A stretch of 64,000 nucleotides of DNA from Tubiluchus corallicola (Eukaryota > Animalia > Priapulida): assembly GCA_030141605.1 (NCBI GenBank), contig JAQGDQ010000707.1, positions 1 to 64,000 on the forward strand, read 5' to 3'. The notes under the pieces are model-generated. The model saw nothing but the letters and a program-made list of their open reading frames with translations. It was not told the DNA's origin and searched no databases. The position numbers were made by a program, and so were the translations under genes. This document shows positions 13,440-41,773 of this stretch, piece by piece. Position 1 is the first letter of the stretch; the number at the start of each line of letters is the position of its first letter.

Positions 13440-14366
13440 AAAGAGTTAAAATCATGGCAAATGTTTCGATAGAACTACTGCTGTCATCATCATTGTTGAT
13501 TTTTTGTGAACATACAAAAAGTTTACATAGGCTGAGCTTACAGTATAGAACATTATGCACTAATTATGTATTTACAAAAAACCAATGAATAAACAGACCT
13601 GTAGAAAAAATTGATACAGTAAATTATGCACTAATTATGTATTTAACAGAAGCCAAGTAGGTTATGAATAAACAAACCAGTAGAAAAGAAATTGATACAA
13701 TAAATTATGCACTAATTATGTATTTACAAGAAGCCAAATAGGTAATGAATAAGCAGACCAGTAGAAAAGAAATTGATACAATAAATTATGCACTAATTAT
13801 ATATTTAACAGAAGCCAAATAGGTAATGAATAAGCAGACTAGTAGAAAAGAAATTGATACAATAAATTATGCACTAATTATGTATTTACAAAAAACCAAT
13901 GAATAAACAGACCTGTAGAAAAAATTGATACAGTAAATTATGCACTAATTATGTATTTAACAGAAGCCAAATAGGTAATGAATAAGCAGACCAGTAGAAA
14001 AGAAATTGATACAATAAATTATGCACTAATTATGTATTTACAATAAGCCAAATAGGTAATGCATAAACAGACCTGAAGAAAAGAAATTGATACAATAACA
14101 AATAGCTAAGTGTTTGAAAATAAAGTTAAAGAAAATATAAAAGGTTTAGAAGAGTACATAGATAAACTTTCTTTTACTAATAAGTCCCAGTTATTTGTAG
14201 CTCTGGTCACAATGATGAAATGATTAAAATCAGCTTTGTGGTCAGAGGCACAAATATGGTTATTAATGCTGGATTGAGAATTTCTTAATTTCTTGCCAGT
14301 TTCAGACAAAATACCGAAATTTTCACAAATTCTTACTGTAAAGTGTCTGGATGTTTTGCCATAAAT
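13440..14366 (-). mobile_element. 5'-truncated Penelope-like element: GIY-YIG C-terminus, repeat-expanded 3' region, degenerate hammerhead
   Basis: Minus-strand IYGKTSRHFTVRICENFGILSETGKKL..SSINNHI..DFNHFIIV..NNWDLLVKESL..KP matches the Penelope endonuclease; aTGATGA-T-GACAG..CTATC-GAAAC at 13450-13495. Confidence 0.75.
13552..14097. repeat. ~70-80-bp minisatellite inside Penelope 3' region
   Basis: Recurring aaattatgcactaattatgtattt...gtagaaaagaaattgatac, ~7 copies. Confidence 0.9.
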
Positions 14367-15029
14367 ATCTCTCTGAGTAATGAGATCACGCTGACCGACT
14401 GAGTTATCTTAATCCATTTTTACACACTTGTACAAGCATAAAACTAAATATTGTATAGCAGGTAACGTATACAGACTAACTGAGTTGTCTTAATCCATTT
14501 TTACACACTTGTACACACATAGAACTAAATATTGTACAGCAGCTAATGTATAAGAATTAAAACTGGTTGTGAATTATAGCATTTATGGTTGTCATAAGCG
14601 TGATTATTGTAACTTTTTTACATAGTACTTCTAATACACAAGCCGAGGTAATCAAAGGCAGTGTTAAAAAATATGTACTGTAGTAGACAGTAATTCAAAC
14701 TTTAAAAGTATGAATGTGACTGTAACAATACCATAGATATGGTTTGTGTAGATCAAAGATCTTGGTGATTGTTTAGGAGTGTTCTGCATTCTAGACTGTC
14801 ATGCTGCTCTGATCTTCTTTGTTTTAAGTTCCTAATTAGTTTAATAAATACTACTTTATTATGCACGCATTCATCTGGTTGCTAATATTAATGTAGCGCG
14901 TAGCAGTGACGTCACGGCTGGCTTCTCTCTATCTTCTCAATACCTGAACAGGTGAGTGGAGAGTTCCGATTTTGATACGAAGTAGAGATGACATATTGCT
15001 GTTATAATTATTTCTGTACCGTCGTGATA

Positions 15030-15767
15030 CTAGTTCGAATTAAAATAAAGTTTTAAAAATAAGTTACAAACGAATTCGAGCAGTTTGTCGAGAACATAAA
15101 TACGCGAACATCCTACATAGTCCTCACTTATAACGCAAAGCCAGCAGCAGCTTTTAAGTTATAAGCAGAGTATAATGGATGACGTCAGAGCAATGGCGTT
15201 GCGTCAGCAGTTTTCCAAGCGAAAATCGTGCGAAATGGAACCCCCAATCAACTCATCACAGCTTCTCAGGATGGAAGCGGCCTAAAATATAGCCCACATC
15301 ACCGTGTAGCCCTATCCTTCCTCTTTCTAAAGAGCCATATATCTCCTTCCGAGATTCCCACTAGGCGCCGTCAGAACGTTTTTTCTGCAGGCTGTTTGGC
15401 CAAAATTTCGAAAAAAGCCGGAGTTGGGTCCGGGAAAACGCCCGTTACGGGACGCCGTGGCCCTCTCGCGAATTCTAAATACGCCTACTCCACCCACCAC
15501 TGAACGGGCTATCTATCTAAAGCCAGCACCGCCCTCGGCCCGTTCCAGTTCTTCAGATCTCATCGGTATAACTTTTGCAAAAAACGACCGAAAATGGCCA
15601 TTTTTGGAGGTTTTTCGCCCCCCCCCCGTTCCTCGCGGTGGGCCCGATTCGAAAAATAAACCCTCAAACCTTGTAATAAAATGGAACAGAAGAGGAATCA
15701 TTTACATTGATTTTTCTTGGACAGCAAACCTGGTACGATGTCAGACCTTATATTCCTTTAATTGAGA
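15030..15767 (-). mobile_element. Non-autonomous Helitron-related element (shares ~570-bp core with 56590-59730)
   Basis: 15098-15662 is the reverse complement of the Helitron core at ~58090-58710; candidate 5' TC at 15767 and 3' CTAG at 15030 in an A|T site. Termini tentative. Confidence 0.6.
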
Positions 15768-15984
15768 TAAATTAAGTAATATATAACTTTGAATGAATCC
15801 TTTGCTTGCCTAGATAATAACGTTATGTGCACAACAGATTATGATTTGTTTAATGTATATTTGTGCATTTTCGGAAAAATACAACCTTCGTCGAATACAA
15901 TTACATGCAGACGCTGTAGACTAGTGTAAGTTCAATTAAATAAATATAGTTTAGTTTGTATGATTTAAATTAGGCATAAGGTAA

Positions 15985-16046
15985 CAGCAAAGATCAGAAT
16001 TTCCTTTCGAAAATATTTGGTGGCCCTGAAAAGGGCCGGTTGGTTT
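15985..16046 (-). terminator. H4 3' stem-loop and histone downstream element
   Basis: GGCCCTTTTCAGGGCC (16022-16037, minus) followed by TTCGAAAGGAAATTCTGATCTTTGCT. Confidence 0.93.
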
Positions 16047-16066
16047 TCCAGTTTTAAAGACAGCTC

Positions 16067-17314
<1,248 letters not shown>

Positions 17315-17334
17315 ATGACCAGTTGTTACATTTT

Positions 17335-17394
17335 AAACCAACCGGCCCTTTTCAGGGCCACCATATCTATCCGAGAGAAAATTCTGATTTTGCT
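17335..17394 (+). terminator. H3 3' stem-loop and histone downstream element
   Basis: GGCCCTTTTCAGGGCC (17344-17359), ACCA, TCCGAGAGAAAATTCTGATTTTGCT (17370-17394). Confidence 0.93.
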
Positions 17395-17439
17395 TTTAAA
17401 ACAAGATGTTTTCACTTCGGCATCTATAGCCGCAGATTG

Positions 17440-17545
17440 GTACTTATAGCTACAAATAACTGTGACTTATTAATAAAGGAAAGTTTGTCTATGTACCCTA
17501 ATAAGCTATCTCTTAATGTACAAAGTAGTTCCATACTATAAGCTC
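17440..17545 (+). mobile_element. Short Penelope GIY-YIG C-terminal fragment
   Basis: ATNNCDLLIKESLSMYPNKLSLNVQSSS, homologous to 14150-14202(-). Confidence 0.65.
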
Positions 17546-19159
17546 TGCCTATATAAACCGGAACTTTTAAGATATTCTTGAAGCTTGCTTACGTGGGCCC
17601 GTTTCAAATTATTGAAGCTTGCATACGTGGGCCCAGTGTAATTACGTTTTGCGCTTTGTTAAATATCAATATTATAATGTAGTAATTTACGTCTCTTTGC
17701 ACATGCGCAGAAATGCTTGATGATACTGCCTCCGCCAAATCCTAACGATCTTTTTCATCTGATTAAAAAACGAAAACAAAGTATAACATTGATGTTGACA
17801 AATAAGCAAACATACAAGAATGTACATTTATTGGTATTATATAGACTAGCAAAAGACTGACAGAACATTTTATTCATTAAATAGATTTATAATCAATAAT
17901 GCACAAATGTTCCACATCGTGTTTATCTCCCGTTTTCACCATTAATTTTGGCGATGGTAATAGACTGACATGTAATAATGCGTGTTTATACAATTTAAGC
18001 ACATGTTAAAATTGTGTTACAAAGTTTTACAAGCAAGAATTTTTCGAAATGGAGCTTGTAACTAACTCGTGGTTCTCTGTCCAAGTGGAGATCTCCACGA
18101 AATATTTCATGAGTGCTTTTTGTACGTGAGGTGTCAAATTTTGCGAACCCGCTTTTTCCACAAATTTCCTGGAAATCTTTTGAGTAGTAGTTTTTTAGTA
18201 ATAGGCTTACTGTCATGACAGACGAAAAACAAACAAACTGTGTTGAAGCATAATTCCTGTTCAGAGGTGAAAATAACTTAAATTAATTATCTTCCACAAT
18301 AACCTTAACCCTAAAATCACATTTTACTAAATGTTACATTTTTTCTGTACCATTTTTACTCTGCGATTTTACCGTGCCACCTTTAACCGTGTCATTTTTA
18401 TTCTAGTATATGTACCTACGGTAACTTTATACCTACCAACGATATTCCTACCTAGTATAAATTGTATACGTACGTTTTTATTGATCGTTTACATACATCA
18501 CTCAGTATATTTTCTATGTATTGTTTTTGTATTCAGTGCGTTTATCATTAAAAATACGGTGCATATGCTGACTTGCTATTGCATTTTTTCACAACTGATT
18601 CTGAATTTCTAACAAAAATATATAAGGTTGTTTGACGGCAAATGGGAACGAAACTGGATGGTGGCTCTTTCTGAGTGACGTAAATCTCCCGCCAAAATAC
18701 TGGTTTGTGACTGAGGGTCGCTGTTCTGGAAACAAAGAAGGTTGAAGATATCCGTAAGCAAAAACTGACCACGGTACAGACTTAAGTACGTTCATCACTG
18801 CGCAGAATACACCCTCCTCCCTCCCACTGTGTTGTATAACGAAAAGCCTTGCTTTAAGACTTAAATACGTTCATCACTGCACAGAATAACCCCCCCCCCC
18901 TCACTGTGTTGTATAACGAGAACCCTTGCTTTAATCCACTTGAATGTTGTCTTGACTAATGCAAAGTAAAGCTGCACGAACGAACGTGGCAAATGTTAAT
19001 TTTTTTGTAAAATTAATCGTACAAAAGATTTCTGAATGATAGCGCTTTGTACTCTCGTTGCCAAATAAAAATTCAACAAAAATATTTTAGGTATAAAACA
19101 GATCAATCATATCATTGGCAGTTGAAGAGAGATAGAAGAATCTTTGTCACCACATCTTC

Positions 19160-19325
19160 ATAACATTTTCTTCTTTTATTTTGCACCTCGTTATTCCATA
19201 TCGCCTATTCGGCTCAGATCTTACAAGTTTTACTTTTTGATCTGAGCCGATAATTTGCCTTGCTCATTGTAATATATGCCATTTTGTGTAAACTGACTTT
19301 TGGAATAAATAAACTAAACTATACT
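19160..19325 (+). mobile_element. Probable CR1/L2-type LINE 3' end
   Basis: 12-bp perfect hairpin TCGGCTCAGATC/GATCTGAGCCGA (19209-19250), then an AATAAATAAACTAAACT tail. Confidence 0.45.
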
Positions 19326-20538
19326 GTAGATAAATAGATAGATACCGTAAAACTGACTTTTGGAATAAATAAACTAAACTACACTGTAGATAAATAGATA
19401 GATACCCTAAAACTGGCTTTTGGAATAAATAAACTAAACTATACTGTAGATAAATAGATAGATACCGTAAAACTGACTTTTGGAATAAATAAACTAAACT
19501 ATACTGTAGATAAATAGATAGATACCCTAAAACTGGCTTTTGGAATAAATAAACTAAACTATACTGTAGATAAATAGATAGATACCGTAAAACTGGCTTT
19601 TGGAATAAATAAACTAAACTATACTGTAGATAAATAGATAGATACCGTAAAACTGACTTTTGGAATAAATAAACTAAACTATACTGTAGATAAATAGATA
19701 GATACCGTAAAACTGGCTTTTGGAATAAATAAACTAAACTATACTGTAGATAAATAGATAGATACCCTAAAACTGACTTTTGGAATAAATAAACTAAACT
19801 ATACTGTAGATAAATAGATAGATACCCTAAAACTGGCTTTTGGAATAAATAAACTAAACTATACTGTAGATAAATAGATAGATACCCTAAAACTGGCTTT
19901 TGGAATAAATAAACTAAACTATACTGTAGATAAATAGATAGATACCCTAAAACTGGCTTTTGGAATAAATAAACTAAACTATACTGTAGATAAATAGATA
20001 GATACCGTAAAACTGGCTTTTGAATAAATAAAATAAACTATACTGTAGATAAATAGATAGATACCCTAAAACTGGCTTTTGGAATAAATAAACTAAACTA
20101 TACTGTAGATAAATAGATAGATACCCTACAACTGGCGTTTGGAATAAATAAACTAAACTATACTGTAGATAAATAGATAGATACCGTAAAACTGACTTTT
20201 GGAATAAATAAACTAAACTATACTGTAGATAAATAGATAGATACCGTAAAACTGGCTTTTGGAATAAATAAACTAAATTATACTGTAGATAAATAGATAG
20301 ATACCGTAAAACTGGCTTTTGGAATAAATAAACTAAACTATACTGTAGATAAATAGATAGATACCGTAAAACTGACTTTTGGAATAAATAAACTAAACTA
20401 TACTGTAGATAAATAGATAGATACCGTAAAACTGGCTTTTGGAATAAATAAACTAAACTATACTGTAGATAAATAGATAGATACCGTAAAACTGGCTTTT
20501 GGAATAAATAAACTAAACTATACTATAGATAGATACCG
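19289..20538. repeat. 60-bp minisatellite, ~21 copies, in the H3-H2B spacer
   Basis: Unit taaaactg(a/g)cttttggaataaataaactaaactatactgtagataaatagatagatacc(g/c). Confidence 0.97.
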
Positions 20539-21625
20539 TTATTTCACATTTTTGTTCATATAGCATAAAATACGAGTACATAAAAAATTAAAACTACAAA
20601 CCATACACGATTATTTAGAACTTGTATTCGGTGAAAATGACTCAAGAGAAAAATGAAATAGGTTAAATCTAGATTAGATTAGAAATATGTTCGGCTATGC
20701 ATGTAAATGATATTTGGCAAATGGGTGACGTGAGATTAATGCTGATAATTTGTACGAGAGCTTGCAATAGCAACAGCCATATAATCAGTAATTTAAGGGG
20801 TAGTTTCCAAGGCAATGTCAGGGGGGTAGCCAGGTTCTAAACTCAGGGAGGGAGGGGGCAGCACCGTAACGATTTTTAATGCATTGATTATATATTTTAA
20901 TTTTAGTTTAAAATCAAAATACGAAGGAAGATACAGTTTCCAGGAAGTATACAATTAAACATGTGCTGCCACCATCACTTAAAATGTTTATCACTGTAAC
21001 TTGATCCAAGTTCAAACCAGGATTGAATTTCAGTGCGTAGCTTGGCACCTTAACTTCAACGTGGATTATCTCAGCTTAGAAATAACATAAAACGTTGAAT
21101 TTGGTATCAAAATGATCCTCATGAAATGGAGATTCGGGATACGTGAATAACTAGTAAAGTTTGCTGATTTATGGTCGATCTTGCTATGCAGGCACACATA
21201 TCCACAATGATAAATAGGTTGAACACAATATTCTCTTGCCTTGAACACAAAGTTCTCTATAAACTCAGCTATAAGGTTTCTACAAATGGTTCAGTCAGTC
21301 TAATATAGCCAACTACAGTCTCCATATCAACTACATTGCCATTTTAATAATTGTTCATGTATACTAATGTTTCTTTGTTTTAGCATATATCTCGTATGAC
21401 ACGAAGTAAAAGAATAGACGCGTATAGATACTTGAAGACAAAGTATCAATTTAAAAACTACAATAGGCGTCTAAATATGCGTGCCCGTTGGTCCTTTTAA
21501 CCATTTATTTCTCTGACACACATGTACAACAGAACGTTAATTGTAATCAAAATACTTGATATGTACTCTCTGTGCAGTCTTATTTTTTTATCACTGGAAC
21601 ACCTTTATAAATAACAAAATCAATT

Positions 21626-21686
21626 TAGCAAAATCAGAATTTTCTCTCGGATAGGTATGATGGCCCTGAAAAGGGCCGGTTGGTTT
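21626..21686 (-). terminator. H2B 3' stem-loop and histone downstream element
   Basis: GGCCCTTTTCAGGGCC (21662-21677, minus), then TCCGAGAGAAAATTCTGATTTTGCT. Confidence 0.93.
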
Positions 21687-21710
21687 TATTGGTAGAATAT
21701 TTCCAGCAAT

Positions 21711-22079
21711 TTACTTGGAGCTGGTGTACTTGGTCACAGCCTTGGTTCCTTCACTCACAGCGTGCTTAGCCAACTCTCCTGGAAGGAGAAGACGGACAGC
21801 AGTCTGGATCTCTCTGCTTGTGATGGTGGAACGTTTGTTGTAGTGAGCAAGACGGGAAGCTTCTCCAGAGATTCTCTCAAACAAATCATTGACGAAACTG
21901 TTCATGATGCTCATAGCTTTGCTAGAGATACCAGTATCTGGGTGAACTTGCTTCAACACCTTGTAGATGTAAATGCTGTAGCTTTCCTTTCTCTTTCGCT
22001 TCCTCTTCTTGTCAGAAGTTGGTCTCTTCTGGGCCTTGCCAGCTTTCTTCGCTGCTTTTCCACTTGGTTTAGGAGGCAT
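21711..22079 (-). CDS. H2B: Histone H2B
   Basis: 122-aa H2B ([26 protein letters not shown]...KYTSSK), intronless. Confidence 0.99.
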   Translation of the reverse strand: MPPKPSGKAAKKAGKAQKRPTSDKKRKRKRKESYSIYIYKVLKQVHPDTGISSKAMSIMNSFVNDLFERISGEASRLAHYNKRSTITSREIQTAVRLLLPGELAKHAVSEGTKAVTKYTSSK

Positions 22080-22802
<723 letters not shown>

Positions 22803-22816
22803 ATGATCTTCGTTGC

Positions 22817-22875
22817 AAACCAACCGGCCCTTTTCAGGGCCACTAAATAATCCGAAAGAAAATTCTGATTTTGCT
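22817..22875 (+). terminator. H2A 3' stem-loop and histone downstream element
   Basis: GGCCCTTTTCAGGGCC (22826-22841), then TCCGAAAGAAAATTCTGATTTTGCT. Confidence 0.93.
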
Positions 22876-24759
22876 ATTTCTGTTTTGCTGTAGTTCAACT
22901 GCACGCGGGTCCGTCTGTTAAAAACGGTATTGCTCAGACAGTCATAAAAGGGCAAAACGCTAAGCATTGTTACAGAGCAATGTCATACGCCCACGCAACA
23001 GTGCTTACTACGTGGAATATTCTCACGCCTACAACAATGCCTGAGCTGCCGACTAAGAAAATGCGTTGATGTAGCACCTCTTGTAGGATCAACCACTTTC
23101 ATACGTAGGCCTTATATGCCTTGTTTTGACCCAGGTTTGGCTGGCTCTACCACTAGGCAGTGGCCTAGGGTACCAAATTTTGGAAATAATTCTTTAATTT
23201 TTAATTTTAGCTTAACCATAAATGATGACATAGTGTATGTGTAAATTGCTTAAATGGATATAACACTTTAATTTCTTGAAAAAAATTGCTTGAATCATTT
23301 TCCCGTGAAAATATGATTCATTCATGTAACGCGGGTCTCTTCTCTCGAATCCCTCCGCAAAACACTGCTTTTGCCTTGCCTAACTTCTTAAGGTTACGTT
23401 GTTGTACACAGACACAACTGAGTACTGACGGGTGTTACCCTAACGCGCGTTACCATTATACTTAGTTCTTATTCAGTTTAGTTTATTATTATTATACTTT
23501 ATTACTTACAACAAACATTCAATTCTGTGGGTGAACACCATGGGGAAGAGGGGGGGGGGGTGTTGCTAAAAGTACTTTTCTCAAGGGTGTCAAACTACTT
23601 AGAACCGGTCGTGAGTTGTGTGATTAATACGCTCTATCTAAGGTTCCATAAGACGCATTAACTACATTTTACAAATTTAAATCCTTTGTATGAAATATTT
23701 GCTGCTAGGAACCTGTACCGGGTGCACCACCAAAAAATGTTAACTATTCTTACAATTGCTGTGTGAAAAAACGACCTTTTGTACAACGCTTATGCACATT
23801 GAATATATGCATATAATTTTATATGTGTTGCATTGGGCGTGTTTTGCCAATGGGTATTTCGGCAAGTAAAATTTAATTGTGTGTTTTTCAAATATGTGTT
23901 GGGTTTTTTTTCGTTGAAAGATGGCAGCACTATGCAGTCTTATGTGGCATTATCCTGTATAAATAGAAGGGTTTACGTAGCAGTAGAATCGTTCATTTTC
24001 AACCGCTTCCGTGTACAAAGGTAATTTGTTATCATTCAGTATGATAACAAGATATTTGTCGGCCAAATGAAGGGTTTAGTTCAGCTCAAAGGACATCAAC
24101 ACAACACACAAAGAACACTACTAATTGTCATTACCAGAGATGTACTGGGCCAAGCTCTATGTGGGTTTTTGCCCTTGGTTTTCTCCATTATGATACTTAA
24201 CCAGTTGTGCAATGTGTGTCGAGTTTTCCAAATATGGACTGTTTGCATGTGAATTGCGTTTTGAATTCACTGTGCAGGAAACCACATCCTTATCAAAATA
24301 ACCAAAACACCCAAACTAATATTTTTTAGGATTTCTTAAGCTTGCACGTCAGGTATAACAAGAACTAGGTGTAGAAAGAGGTAACCGTGCAAAGCAAGTT
24401 TTACTAATATGGATTTCTTTTATGTGTGTTTTTTGTATTGCTAAAAATGATAATTTATGCTTCTCTAAATCACTGGTTAAAGATTCCTTTTTGACGTCAA
24501 TTCTAAGACGTCCAACGTTGAGCAACGCAAATTCTAATTAGTTGACATTCCAAGTACTCTGGTGAAATATTAAACCCTTCTTCATTCAAAATCTCCAATA
24601 CTGAGAATGTTGCAGGTAACAGAATGCGTAGCCATAAAATGACAAAACTATAGACTTCAACATTTATAAAAAATTGAAGTCGGTGGCTCGTCAGCACCAC
24701 TTCTGGGCCGAACTTAAGGTCAAGCTTTTATTGTAAAATTTGCAAGAGAGCAAGTTTTA

Positions 24760-24956
24760 TAGTCACCGCTCGTTTCTTGGAACCGTGCGTCACGTGTCCT
24801 GGTCGTAGATCCGGGACAATTTTGCTATGACATGGATTGTCTGCGCATGCGTTTATTTACACGGCACGGGCTGAAAGGATGTGGACGATTTGTTGAGTGT
24901 ATAGGCATGGATCTACATAATATGTGAATAATTTCAGATATATGGTTAAGGTAAAT
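24760..24956 (+). promoter_or_regulatory. Candidate promoter / non-coding first exon of SLCO paralogue 1
   Basis: Local CpG enrichment, GTCACGTG E-box (~24789), TGCGCATGCG NRF1-like site (24842), AAG|GTAAAT donor at ~24951; about 1 kb upstream of the first coding exon. Confidence 0.4.
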
Positions 24957-25974
24957 TTACTATTGAAAAGAATATTTATGCAATAATAAGAATCGTTGTT
25001 AGCTAGATGCAACTTGTCTTCCGGCAGTAAGGGTAAAATTCGTTACACCTCTAGGTCCATATCTAGGCTAAGTATGTGTTTATTGTTATTACTATTACTA
25101 TATTAGTATTATTTATAATATAACATTGAATCCACATTTTCATTGCACTTTTAGATTTGGTAATATTGTCGAACCCATACACAGATAAGCAGTGTGCAGA
25201 AACTCTTGCTTTCTGACAGTGGAAAAATATAAACTCAACAATGCATGCACGGTCAGTAATAATTTGTCACTTATGCCAGAAAATGTATCGCTGTTATAAT
25301 ACCTGACTACAAGAAATTGTTAAGAGAGTTACTGCAAAAACAACTCAATTATTTCACTCAAAGTTGTGTGCATTATGCTTGTCGCCAAAAAAAACGTCGA
25401 CTGCTACACAATCTTGTGAAATTACGTTGTTTCAATTATGCTGTAATAAAATTTGTTCCTGTGGCACACTTTATACATGCAATATTTATACAATGTAATG
25501 TAAAATTTATACAGTCAGACTAAAAACTGATGTAAGCAATAATAACAATAACATTGTAAAAGGTTTAAACTGGAGAGAGATATTGCCGGATATCTTATAC
25601 CGGATCCTGATCTCATGTTTGCTTTCATTCGTACCGGAACATGCTGCTTGCATTCAGCAAAATTGTGAAATCTTGCCAAAGTTCGGATGATATTTGACCA
25701 GTAAACAAAACTAGACCGTGTTTATGACAAAGTGATAAACTGAAAATTCTGCATTATGACCAAAACTACAAGTGCTGGCTGTGAAAAAGGATTTCCACTG
25801 TCCTTGACCCTATGACCTGAAGTCACCAGTTACCATACTACTGGAACAGCGTGTTTCAGATAACGTCAGTTTTTGTTTCTAACAAAATGAATGTGAGCAA
25901 TACAAACAGTAACTACACACTTGGCTAACAGGAACAGCGTGTTTCAGATAACGGTGGTTTTTGTTTCTAACAAA

Positions 25975-40609
<14,635 letters not shown>

Positions 40610-40774
40610 TCGTACGCTGATGTGTGCAGTTAGACTCACGCCTTACTTATTGTTATGAAGGAAGTTTTTAATTTAATTTACAAAAATAACAAACTATATT
40701 TGTTAGTAAATTATCATTGACAGGTTCTTGGAAGAATTGCGATCTTCTGTGTTGCTTAATTTCAACTGGCAGGA

Positions 40775-41152
40775 TTTCTTATAGTACACGCACAGTTACT
40801 GTAGGTCAAAGGTTAAGTGTACCACAGCAACGCGTCTTAACTGCAACCATCAGCTGACGTGTGGGTAAAGCAAGGCCACCTGCCGCATCAGTTCAGTAAC
40901 TTCAGTTGTTTTACGTGGACTTTACTTAATTATGCATTAGTCTGTGCGTAGAGTGATTTACTAGCAGGATCTTACTTGGGAACAAGAAAAAATGAACTAG
41001 GTAAGGTTCTAGCTAGCTGTTAAAACTGTTACTATTACAATAGCTTGGGCTGCGAGGCGTTGTCAAGTGTACACAAATGCGTTGTCTGGTACACTTAACC
41101 TTTGACCTTTTCACGATCATCATCAATCGCTGCAACTGTGAAAAGGCTTATT
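40775..41152 (+). mobile_element. MITE-A in the presumptive SLCO-1 3'UTR
   Basis: Near-full copy starting ~170 bp after the stop codon; AATAAA at 41191. Confidence 0.85.
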
Positions 41153-41773
41153 GTATCATCTGTACCTATTGTCAAATTGTAAGATATTGTAATAAATACG
41201 TTATTGTTATATTACAGGTTTCGCACAATTGTTAGTTATTTTGTCGTATCGTATTTTGTACGCTGTTGTTAAATTACAGCTTTCCACAATTGTTCAGTGT
41301 TTTGTCAAGTTGTGAGGTTAAATTGTGCAAATATTTCTGATTTTTAAGCGCGGTGTCTCTAAACTGTTATATAATTGAAATTGGTAAGTCTGTTATAAAT
41401 TGTTCCACTTTGTTCTTAGATGGGTAGAATTTTTGTACGATTGTTAAACTGCAGTACTTTTGTATGTAAACTGCAGTATTTATAAATTGTTGTTTAAAGT
41501 CTTGGTGTTAGGATGTTGCTGTAAGAATTAGTCGACGAATTCTCAGGACTGGTCCCAACAAATAAGCAGGATTTCCTTGTTATGAATATCAGAATCAGGG
41601 AGAGATTTCTTAACAGGTTCTGTTTATTTTGCTAACTTGTCATGGAGTTAAAACACTACTGTATTGTTCTTGAAATTATCACATCCAACATGTGTAAGCA
41701 GCATTATTATCATGTTTTAACATTTAAGAATTATTCTATTGCACTTTCTGCAGTGTTTAGATGTAACATGTGC

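Noticed and set aside
15424-15765. MGPGKRPLR.. ORF recurring at 56709-56963 and 58081-58323 as a possible small gene family
   Set aside because: Non-ATG starts and frames that diverge between copies; they are translations of the shared Helitron core.
19289-20538. CRISPR-like regular arrays here and at 34262, 48950, 54018
   Set aside because: Pure tandem repeats without unique spacers, no cas genes, eukaryotic context.
17400-21620. H1, 5S rRNA, tRNA or U1/U2/U7 snRNA genes linked to the histone block
   Set aside because: No Lys/Ala-rich ORF and no recognisable RNA-gene consensus by eye; the 19209-19250 hairpin is better explained as a LINE 3' end. An Infernal/tRNAscan run would be needed to exclude divergent copies.
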